This document shows positions 13,101 through 23,294 of a stretch of DNA of 64,000 bases, in pieces. The DNA lies in contig NW_027361792.1 in NCBI RefSeq assembly GCF_039654945.1, forward strand, positions 930,001-994,000, read 5' to 3'. The stretch comes from Dendrobates tinctorius. Lineage: Eukaryota. The stretch's first letter is position 1, and each line of letters starts with the position of its first letter. The notes under the pieces were generated by a model, which worked only from the letters and a program-made list of their open reading frames with translations, was not told the origin of the DNA and did no database searches. The position numbers and the translations under genes were made by a program.

Positions 13101-13599
13101 TGTTAGGGGACAAAACTTCACTGCCTCCAATCATCAGGACAATTACGCAATTGAGTGATGGACGAGCTCGCAGCTGCTTCCACTACTAGGCCGGTTATCG
13201 GGGGACTCACAATGAGCATATGATATGTACACCTCCGACTCCAATGCATGGAATATATATATATATATACACACACACCCCAGTACAGTCACTGCCAACT
13301 CCACAATAACAAAAGGGACTACTATCTGCCACCACCAATCGTTTATACAGGCTGATTGGACTTCTGTTACAGGTGCTTCAGGGGTGCGGTTTACAGAGTA
13401 AGAGGAACAGTACTATTACATTTTATTTTATATGTTTCATGCAGACGGATAGGCAGTATTTATAAAAAAAATACAAAGATGTTACAAAATGGTAACAAAA
13501 CAATAATGTATATACAATCACATAAAATAAAAAGGATTAACAAAAGAAAAGTACTAAATCTGGAGTTGCAGGAGTGGCTCTCATCTTTATGAAAGGAAG

Positions 13600-14200
13600 C
13601 TCTCTGAATAGGAAAATGGAGCACTCTCACAGCGAACTATGTCTTCCAGAATAAACAAAGACAGACTACCAAACTTTCATTTTTATTAGATCAAGGTTAC
13701 ACCCTTATACCTCCCTTTTTTGAAATCATTTGGGGTTGGTTATGGGATGTGCTAGGTGTGTTAGAAATTTATGAGATCCCCAACTTTCAGAATATCTTCG
13801 CCCCTGGAGGTCCCAGGTGGTAGACATTGTTATCATGTTTCTTATCGCAATTTTACCTATCCATAGAGATGAAATATGACATGAATAGCATCTTCCATAG
13901 GTCCAATATTAAGATGGAGGGATTCTGCCGGCCGTACGGTGATGTGAGTGATTACATTATTTTCATCCCTTTGCTACAGCGCCAAAAATATATCTCCCAT
14001 AAATATTGGATCGATGCAAACCCCAATATTCATCACCACCTCCAAAAAGTCTCAGAAAAAATCCCTTGAACAGAGAAAGCCCCTGTACTTATCTGTCTCT
14101 GAATAAATTAATCTCAGCTTTGGTGTAAAGCTCCCAGAATAGCAATTACCCAGCTGGCAGGACATCGTGCATCCATCACTACAGATCTTTGCAATCTAAT
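13600..14200 (+). mobile_element. Possible highly decayed L1/Tx1-type ORF2 C-terminal fragment
   Basis: Broken translations such as KYISHKYWIDANPN...EKIP*TEKA resemble non-LTR ORF2 C-termini; weak. Confidence 0.3.
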
Positions 14201-14220
14201 TTTTACAATTGCGTGCAGAT

Positions 14221-16659
14221 TGTCATGATCCAATGTGGATCTGACAGTTTCAATGCACAAAGTGAACTTTTTTTTCTTTGGCTTGGTGCCAAAGTGGGTT
14301 GACTGACCCCGGTGGCCATTAGAATTATTACACGTGGTGTCTAAATTCGCCAGTTGGAGGCGGTGTATCCTGCTGCACGTGTTTATTATTTAAATTCGCC
14401 CCACTGGAGGCGGTGTATCCAGGGTCACGCGTGTCATGGGTTCGCCTTGCGGTACTCGCTGCATCCAGACACACGTGACCGTGACATTATCAACAACTTT
14501 ATATTTCTTTTTTCTGGTGAGCTTTGGCCATGTAGAGACCGCTGAGTAATTGCTGCCGGGCCCCATGGAGGTGAGTGGGGAGCGGCAAGGTGTTTAGAGC
14601 CGCTGCAGCAGCACTTATCAGGGTCTGGGGCCTCTGCTCAGGGAACCAGGAAATCAAAATGGTGGCTTTGGCAAATTGTGGGTCTGGCAAAAGCCCCCTA
14701 GAGTCGCTGCTGGGGAGCGGGACTTGTTCATACAGGCGGTCGTACCCAGACAGGTGGGTGGAGTTGGTGATCCCTATGGTGCTGTCTGGGGTGCCCCGAG
14801 GTGAAGGGGTACGTCCCTGTAGTGAGCAGACTGGTGATAGTCCGCGGGGCTGACGCCAAATCTTCTATACCACCGAAGAGGTCGCCCCCTCCTGGTCGTG
14901 TGGAGGAAGGCAACCAGCGAGTGTATATTTCCTCCATATTCCGATTCCCTTCACCTCCAGGTGTGAGCAGCAGGTGCGCTGCGGGGGAGTAGGGACAAAT
15001 CTCAACTCTCGCCATGAACCAACCCTGGGAGGGTAGACCTCATGGTGAAAGGGTTGGAGGGTGGTGTCCCCTGGTGAATAGCGGGGGTGCGAGTGTGGTG
15101 ACACAGGGGGACGCCTCTGTTGTCGAGTCCAGAAGGAGTTCACCAAATATATGACAAACGAATGTGTGGCAATAAACGTTCAGGTCCGGACCTGTGTGTG
15201 AACGAGTGTGTATGGGTGCCACCAAAAAACATCTTGTGGAAGTGTGTTGTGGAGTCTGATCAGCTCATAGCAAACATACACATACATAAACTCGCTCCCC
15301 AGGTCGGCGCTGTGGAGATGAGTGGTGCCTCCAGACCATTTATTGCCAATACCAGCGGTGCATTTGTCATAAACCTGTAGTTTCAGGTGGTGGTGGGGTG
15401 AATCCAGGATCTGGGCGTCCCCGCTGTTGGTGTTTCCCTAATGAGGAGTGGTCTTGAGGGTCCAGAGGCCCCTCATTAAGGAGGGGGTACTGTCATGATC
15501 CAGGCTGGATCTGACAGTTTAAATGCACAAAGTGAACTTTTTTTCCTTTGGCTTGGTGCCAAAGTGGGTTGATTGCCCCCGGTGGCAATTAGAATTATTA
15601 CACGTGGTGTCGTTCATTCTAAGTTGCCCGGTGGTGGTGAGTGGTATCGCACCTTAGTTTTAGGTTTAATGTGCACTTAATTACAAATCAGGTGCAGGTG
15701 TTAGGCTCTATAAAAGGGAGCCAGGTGGGTTCAATCACGGTGGGTGATATTGATTGTGTTCGTCATTTGGGAAGCAAGCCTGGGTGATGAAGGAGCTGAA
15801 CATGAGTCCTGCGCAGCGCAGCCAGAGGGGACGAGTGGCAGCTAGGTGGTCTTCAAGAAGGGCTGGCATGGCATGGTGGAGTCACAGTTTATGGTGTTGG
15901 CAGGAAGTGCTTGCATGGCTTGGTGGAGTGACGACTATGGAGAGAGTTGCACTCACCATGCTGGACCTGGTTGCTGAGAGCTGGACTCAAGCATGCTTGA
16001 CTTTTTGGGCAGGAGCTGAACTCATCTTTGGGACTCTGTTACTGGACAGATGCAATTGGTGGTGGACTCTGCTCCAAGGCTGCTCTATGGTGAAGGATCC
16101 AGTTATGGTGATGGACCCGGGTGGAGGAGAAGATGCACACAGGTGGTGGGCTCGGTTGCTAGGAGCGTACGCAACAGAGCAAAGCTAAGTGGTGTTTCCC
16201 CTGTTTTGTCATTTTCCCTCATGTGTGTTTTAGTGCAGTGGTGGGATTAGTTTCTGCACCGATCAATTCCCTAGTGAGGGTTTAGGTCAGGACGAGCTAG
16301 GGTTTTTAGGTTCCTGTGCGTCGCCCGGTGCGGAACCGGCATAGGGAACGTTAGGAGTACAGGGACACTGGCTCAGGGGAGCTCAGGAGGTCTCCACTTC
16401 CCTATTCCCTATCGCAGGACCCACCATTGTTAATGTTTCCCAGGTTCCCCTTATTGTTTAAATTCACCTTATAGGAGGCGGGTTTTCCAGTCTTGTATAT
16501 ACGTGTAATGTCTAAATTCGCCAGTTGGAGGCAGTGTATCCGGCTGCACATGTTTATTATTTAAATTCGCCCCACTGGAGGCGGTGTATCCAGGGTCACG
16601 TGAGTCACATGGGTTCACCTTGTGGTACTCGCTGCGTCCAGACACACGTGACCGTGACA
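14221..16659 (+). mobile_element. Internally deleted Gypsy-like LTR retrotransposon: 5' LTR 14221-14486 (deleted), internal 14487-15490, 3' LTR 15491-16659
   Basis: Both LTRs start TGTCATGATCC and end ACACGTGACCGTGACA; 5-bp TSD CAGAT at 14216-14220 and 16660-16664; PPT AAGGAGGGGGTAC before the 3' LTR. Confidence 0.9.
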
Positions 16660-17800
16660 CAGATATTGCGCCTGCAACACGGATGAAGACTGCGGCCGTG
16701 GCACGTGGCGCTGATCAGCGCAGTTTAAAAATGACAGCAGCTAAAAGTATTTTCATTGCTAATGGCCGCGGGCAGGACAGCGGTTTTACTACAGAACTGT
16801 GCTGCTATTAACAATCAGAGCACAGCTATTATTTCACATCCGCTCCTTGGTCCCCCGACGCGCGTTGGCCGTGATGCGGTGGTGACTCGTCAGCACCGTA
16901 CAGAACTAACAGGAATTTCCACCTCTGATTTACGAGTGCAAACTCCACTGTGTATTACAGCTCCACGTGGATGAGATTTTAATAAATATGAAATCTGCAG
17001 CTTGTCGTTCTACGTTGTGGATTTTAATGCAGCGGGTGACATCTGCCCCATTTCCACAAAAAAAAATCTGCATTTTATTTCTGTTGTGAGAATGATAGGT
17101 TTCTGAAATGTCCCTTAGCTGTATAGTAGAACCTTGTGAGGAGTCAGGTGGGCGGTCCCAGACTCCTTAGGAGACACCTAGGTCTGGCCTAACATCACAC
17201 TTGCTGGAATGCACCATTACAAGGCAGATCTAGTGCATGCGCAGTGAAGCACAACGTATTGGCCTCGGGGCATTTTATAATCCTTTCACCACCCTATATA
17301 ATGTTATGGCAACGGTCTAAGCATCCTGATGAAATTCTGGCTGTTTGCAGTCACCACTAGGGGGAGCTCATTGCAATATGAAGCTGATCGCAGTGACTCA
17401 GGTCATTGTCGTGTATTGGGGAATTACTATTTCAGCTTTTTCCTGCACATAGATGTGTACGGTACTTTCTGATTAGTTCATGGAAGGTGAAACCATTGGT
17501 GTCCTCAGTTAATTGCTTGTGACAGGCCAGGACACGTTTCGCTGTATTTTACAAGCTCGGCTGCCATCTTTTTATAGCTGGTAATTACTGCTTCCTGGTG
17601 CAATGTCCTCGCACATTCCCGAGCTCTCAGACTGCACGGGGTTAAAGCCGAAGTACAAAGAGTGATCCAGTCACAGACTGCCGGTCCCTGGTATATACAG
17701 GCGCTTCTCACAAAATGAGAATATCATCAAAGAGTTAATTTATTTCAGTTCAGAGTCATTACACACAGAGTGATCTATTTCACGTGTTTATTTCTGTTAA

Positions 17801-18306
17801 AGGGAATCTGTCACCTGGTTTTGGCGGGCGATGAAAACGAGGTCGGTCCGGTCCGATGGGTGGTGTTCCCGATGTGTGCCGCCTCCCCATCCTTGGCTGC
17901 CGTCCACAATTTTTTGAGGAATAGGAGTAGGTCTCTGCCACTTGTTGCGCATGCGCTAAGCATTCTTGGCTAGCGCACGCGCAGTATGCAAAGCTGAAAA
18001 GCCTGACTGCGCATGTGCCGGTTAACTAAGCCCCGGAACACAGCAAAATACTTCCGGGGCTTAGTTAACCGGCGCATGCGCAGTCAGGCTTTTCGGCTTT
18101 GCCCGCAGTTGGGCAAAGCATACTGCGCGTGCACTAGCCAAGAATACTTAGCGCACGCGCAACAAATGGCGGAGACCTACTCCTATTCCTCAAAAAACTG
18201 CGGACGGCGGCCAAGGATGGGGAGGCGGCACACATCGGGAACGCCGCCCATCGGACCGGACCAACCTCGTTTTCATCGCCTGCCAAAATTAGGTGACAGA
18301 TTCCCT
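17801..18306. mobile_element. T2-type (TTAA) foldback MITE, near-perfect palindrome
   Basis: TTAA|AGGGAATCTGTCACC...GGTGACAGATTCCCT|TTAA; arms of ~240 bp complementary around a short spacer at ~18040-18050. Confidence 0.93.
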
Positions 18307-18730
18307 TTAATGTTGATGATTATGGCTTACAGCCAATGAAAACCCAAAAGTCATTATCTCAGTCAATTAGAATACTTTATATCACCAGCTTGAAAAATGA
18401 TTGTAAAATCTGAAATGTTGTCCTACTGAAATGTCTGATCAGTAAATGCACTCAATACTTGGTCGGGCTCCTTCTGCATCAATTACTGCATCAATGAGAC
18501 GTGGCATGGAGGCGATCAGCCTGTGGCACTGCTGAGGGGTTATGGAAGCCCAGGTTGCTTTGATAGCAGCCTTCAGCTTGTCTGCCTTGTGGTGTCTGGT
18601 GTCTCTCATCTTCCTCTTGACAATACTTCATAGATTGTCTATGGGGTTAAGGTCAGGAGAGTTTGCTGCCAATCAAGCCCAGTGATACTGTTGTTTTTAC
18701 ACCAGGTATTGGTACTTTTGGCAGTGTGGA

Positions 18731-20017
18731 TGGGTTGCCCTCCCAGGGCTGTGGGGTACTCGGTATCGGGCCGGTGTCGGCGGGATGTGTCACAGCAGCG
18801 GTGACCCGGTCCATGGCCCTGGGCGCCTAATTAATAGGGGAAGTTTGAATGGTGGAATGTACAGTAGTTAATGGAATAGTTCGTGACACCACCTGTGGTG
18901 TTTGGCAAGTGAGATGTTAAGCCAACGCTGCATGCAGATCCTCTGGGGCTGGTGGTGTGTTGCAGCCAAGATGGTGAAGCTCCCCACAGGTGGAGCTGTA
19001 GTCCCAGGGCAGTGTAGATGTAGGGGTAGAGGAGAGGCGCAGGCGGTGTAGAAGCTGGTACCCAGATGTAGCGGTGCTGGGTGTGTTAGCGCAGGAATAA
19101 TTGGAGGACACCAGGGCATGCAGTTCCAAAGCTTTTCTCACATGCTGTAGTACACACAGGTGCCTGCCTCCGTGCTGTGTCCTCCGGGTCAGATGGAATG
19201 CTCCCTTCAAACACTCCGCCAACATGTACCTCTCTGAACGTCTCCTCTTATAGCGCCTTTGGTGTGAAGTACTCCCAGTACTGAGTTACACTGGAGTGCC
19301 TCCTGACAGATGTTCCCAAGTACTCTGCTTGTATGGCAGACAGCTGTAGCCTGCTTCGGGGACTCCTTACTCCTGAGTCCCGGCTCTCTATCCAAGTTGC
19401 TGTTGTGCCCCCAAGTCTTAGATGGGAGTAGTGCATTTACAGCCCACTACTCCACCGGTGTCTGCTGCAGAACCATTAGTATCCATACAACCTCGGGGAC
19501 CGGGCCCCGGCCTTGCGCTTAGAACTTCTAGGCAGGGTTCCCTCCTAACCCACGTCCTCTGTTCCCTTTTACTCCTTCGTTCCGTACTAGTCTCTCCTTC
19601 TTATGGAAGATCAGGTTTCTGTTCAATGTCTTTCTCCTTCTTTCCTTTCCCGTGCCAGCAGACCCAGGTCACTGAGATCTGCTGCAGCACCTCCTTCCTC
19701 CATCCCTCTCCCAGGGATCTTCTCTCCTCACTCTCTCCCACTGACTGACCTGAAATCCTAAACCTTCCCGCTCTTTTATGTATTCTAACTCCACCCGCCT
19801 CCCAGCACGTTTCGTGTTCCAAGCAGGGAGCCACCAAAGGTGCTCTGCTACACTCCAAGCAGGGAGCCGCAATGTGGCTTTGCTGAACTACCGTGTTGTG
19901 TGGGATGCGAGTGTTGGAGCGTGGTCAGGAGCCTCCAACCTACCTGGATGGTGGGGCACTACACCTCAGGAGGAGGTGCAGTACCTCTGTGGCAACTGAA
20001 TCCTCAGGGGCGCCACA
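18731..20017 (-). mobile_element. Solo LTR (Gypsy/ERV-like), copy A
   Basis: TG...CA ends with short inverted termini; 4-bp TSD TGGA at 18727-18730 and 20018-20021; splits the Tc1 transposase; homologous to 48632-49910. Strand is tentative, from an AGTAAA-like signal in copy B. Confidence 0.88.
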
Positions 20018-20986
20018 TGGACAGGGGCCAAGTCCTGCTGGAGAATGACATTTCCATTTCCAAAAAGTTTGTCGGCAGAGGGAAGCATGAAGAGCTCTAA
20101 AATGTCCTGGTAGACGGCTGCGCTGACTTTGGTCTTGATAAAACACAGTGGACCTACACCAGCAGATGACATGGATCCCCAAACCATCACTGATGGTGGA
20201 GACTTCACACTAGACCTCCAGCAGCTAGGATTGTGGCCTCTCCACTCTTCCTCCAGACTCTGGGACCACTGACTACAGTCCGGTTCTTCTTCTCCTTGGC
20301 CCCGGTAAGACGCTTCTGGTGTTGTCTATTGGTCATGAGTGGCTGACACAAGGAATGTGACACTTGTAGCCCAGGTCCTGGACACGTCTGTGTGTGGTGT
20401 GAAGCAATGACTCCAGCAGCAGTCCACTCCGTGTGAATCTCCCCCACATTACTGAATGGCCTTTTCTTAACAATCCTTTCCCGGCTGCGGTTATCCCGGT
20501 TGCTTGTGCACCTTTTTCTACCACACTTTTTCCTTCCACTCCACTTTCCATTAATATTCTTGGATACAGCACTGTGTAAACAGCCGGCTTCTGCAGCAAT
20601 GACCTTTTGTGGCTTCCCCTCCTTGTGGAGCGTGTCAGTGACTCAGCCCTTATCAAAGTGAATGGGTTCTGAGCTGCAGTACTGAGAACGGCCACTACAT
20701 GGTGTACGGAGCCGCCGATGCTGATAACAGCTGATCTGTGGAGGGCACAGTTGTCGGACCCCACTGATCTGATACTGATGACCTCCATGAGGCCTCCTTA
20801 GTCGTGTGCTGTGTTTATGGCCTGGAGACTTACAGAGGATGCAGAGCAGGCCCGCGATGCAGCGTCATAGGGACCGGCGCAGACCCCTCTATAGCGGCAC
20901 TGACTATCATCACTTACATTCTCCCCATACTGGATCCTTTTATTGTGTTCAGACGTCGGAATGGCCGCCGTTGACGTCTCCTCTTA

Positions 20987-21790
20987 GGCTGGTTTCACAC
21001 TTGCGTTTTTTTTTGCGGGATTTTAGCGCTAAAAAACGCATGCGATTTTTTTTCCTATACTTTGCATGGGATGCGCTTATGTGCGCATACACATGCGTTT
21101 GTATGCGTTTTTCCGCGCATGCGTTTTTTTGCGGTATGCGCTCGGGAGCACAAAATGCATCCTGTTGCATTTTTTGAGCGTCCGACTTGCCTCAAAAAAA
21201 CGCATGCGCACGCAATGCGTTTTTTTACAGCAAGACACCCATTATAAGTCTATGGGTGCGCATATGTGCGCATTGGCATGCTTATGTATGCGTTTTTTTG
21301 CGCATGCGTTTTTTTTTTACCATTAGTTGGACAATGGAATTTAGGGGTTTGGGTTAGAGTTAGGGTTAGTTAAGGGGGTTAGGGTTAGCTAGGGTTTANN
21401 NNNNNNNNNNNNNNNNNNNNNNNNNNNNNNNNNNNNNNNNNNNNNNNNNNNNNNNNNNNNNNNNNNNNNNNNNNNNNNNNNNNNNNNNNNNNNNNNNNNN
21501 NNNNNNNNNNNNNNNNNNNNNNNNNNNNNNNNNNNNNNNNNNNNNNNNNNNNNNNNNNNNNNNNNNTTGGGTAGTGTGAGGGGCCACCTAATGTTGGAAA
21601 AAAACGCAAACGCGGTAAAAACGCACTAAAAACGCATACAAAAACGCATAAAAACGCTGCGTTTTTTTCATGCATGCTCATAAAAATGCTTGAAAAAAAC
21701 GCAGCATTTGTATGCGTTTGTATGCGTTTTTTCAATGCGTTTTTTTGCGGGAAAAACGCGCTGCAAAAAAAATCAAGTGTGAAATTAGCC
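20987..21790. mobile_element. PIF/Harbinger-like MITE with internal TTAGGG-like repeats and an assembly gap
   Basis: TTA|GGCTGGTTTCACACTTG...CAAGTGTGAAATTAGCC|TTA. Confidence 0.85.
21399..21566. other. Assembly gap (168 N)
   Basis: Run of n. Confidence 1.
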
Positions 21791-22779
21791 TTAGTCCTCT
21801 GACACTTTCTGCATTATCTCTGACCGCAGCCACATACCGGACGTCCCAGGTCATCAGGATGGAGAATTCTGGAATAACAAGATCGTCTGTAGGATCAGAG
21901 CCGTGTCAGGGCTGCCACGGAGAAGAGTAAGGGTGCAGATAAGGGGTTAACCCCTGTCAGGACATACAGAGGATATGGTGGGGTCCCCACTTCTGTCTTA
22001 CAGCTGCAAAGATTATTGCTCCAAAGGCTCAGGGGGGAGACAAAATCCAAAAACGAGCCCTTACTCGGCATCCAGGGGTCCAGCGCTGCTGCTCCAGTCA
22101 TTGATGATCGACTGCAGCCAACAACAGCGCTGCAGCCAATCACTGCGACCAGCTGTAGAGGGCATGAGCCTCTGAGCTCAGCGATTGGCTGCAGAGTGTT
22201 GGACATGCCGTCACAGCGGTGAGAGGCAGCGCCGGCCCCCGGCAGGGTGAGGAGGAGACCGCTTTATGGGACTTTGTGTTCTATGGGGGGGTTAATCCTT
22301 ATAGTGGGGTCTCTGTATCCTTATTGACCAGCAAAATATAGTCATGTGATGTGAATTATAATCCAAGAGGTCAGAAAAAAATAAAATAAAAACATGATTC
22401 AAAATAAGGCAACCGGAATAAAAAAAAAATCCGAAAAGTGATTATTTAGGGCAAAAAAAAGTAAAAATGAAACAATAAATCTGACATCGTTGCAATCATA
22501 TTGTCTCGCAGAATAAAGAGCTGTCAATTACACCAAAGGGCCATAACTGATCTGGAAAGTCTGTTTTCTGTTTTTCTTCATCCTGCCCCAAAAAAGTGTA
22601 AAAAAGTGATAACGTCGTATGGAGCAGAAAATGTTACCAACAACAAGAAAAGGACAAGTATCAGCCGTCACGTCGCTGCGTCGACGGAAAGTTGTAAAAT
22701 CAGTCAAGATTCTACCTTATTTCTGCAGCACAAGAGAAAACTCCAAAACTGCCATCACTGTTTATAGCCCATCCCTCAC

Positions 22780-23180
22780 CTCGCCACTAGAGGGAGCCTC
22801 ACATCACTCAGTATCCTTCTTATTGCCGTTCCACGCTCGGCCACTAGGGGCATAAGGAGAGTACGGCTGGTGATTTGCGCAGTTATGTCACATGACCTGA
22901 CGTCATTGGAAAGGCAGCCATCTTTGCAATCCATGACTAACGGCAGCCATATTTGTACTCTTGTTTGTTGCCGGGATACTGTTCCCCACAAGAAATGCGG
23001 CTCTGGGCTTGGGGTTCCGGGGTTTGCTAAGTCAGAACACGTGACATCATACCTGGAAGCAGCCCATAGTGTAGCGTCCACCCTGGGGGCAGCCATGTTT
23101 GTACTCTCGTGTTGCCTGGATACCATTCCCCACAGGAAGTGCGGCTGTGCACCTGTGGTTCCGGGGCCGGACATTTTGCG
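22780..23180 (+). promoter_or_regulatory. ACP2: ACP2 promoter with CLEAR/M-box-like E-boxes and CRE, CCAAT, YY1, RFX, ETS motifs
   Basis: GTCACATGAC at 22887-22896, TGACGTCA at 22898-22905, ATTGG, CACGTGAC at 23038-23045, GTTGCCTGGATAC, CAGGAAGTG; directly upstream of the ATG. Confidence 0.75.
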
Positions 23181-23294
23181 ATGGCTGCCGGCTGCGGCTC
23201 CGGATCCCTGCTGGGGGCGGTCGTGCTGTTATCGGGGCAGATTCTGGCCGCCGTTCACACCGCGCCGGCCCGGCAGCTGCGCTTCGTCACTGTG
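23181..23294 (+). CDS. ACP2: ACP2 exon 1 (signal peptide...RQLRFVTV)
   Basis: ATG at 23181, donor gtgagt. Confidence 0.92.

Larger units (their letters stand above)
17698..20643 (-). mobile_element. Decayed Tc1/mariner transposon interrupted by a MITE and a solo LTR
   Basis: Minus-strand transposase remnants VMVWGSMSSAGVGPLCF...ILQQDLAPVH (to 20022) continuing TAKSTNTW...SPDLNPIDNL (below 18730); TA flank at 17696-17697; right boundary approximate. Confidence 0.88.

Noticed and set aside
21340-21398. TTAGGG-like repeats beside the gap, suggesting a telomere or fusion point
   Set aside because: Degenerate and enclosed by the TIRs of one MITE; gene synteny continues across it
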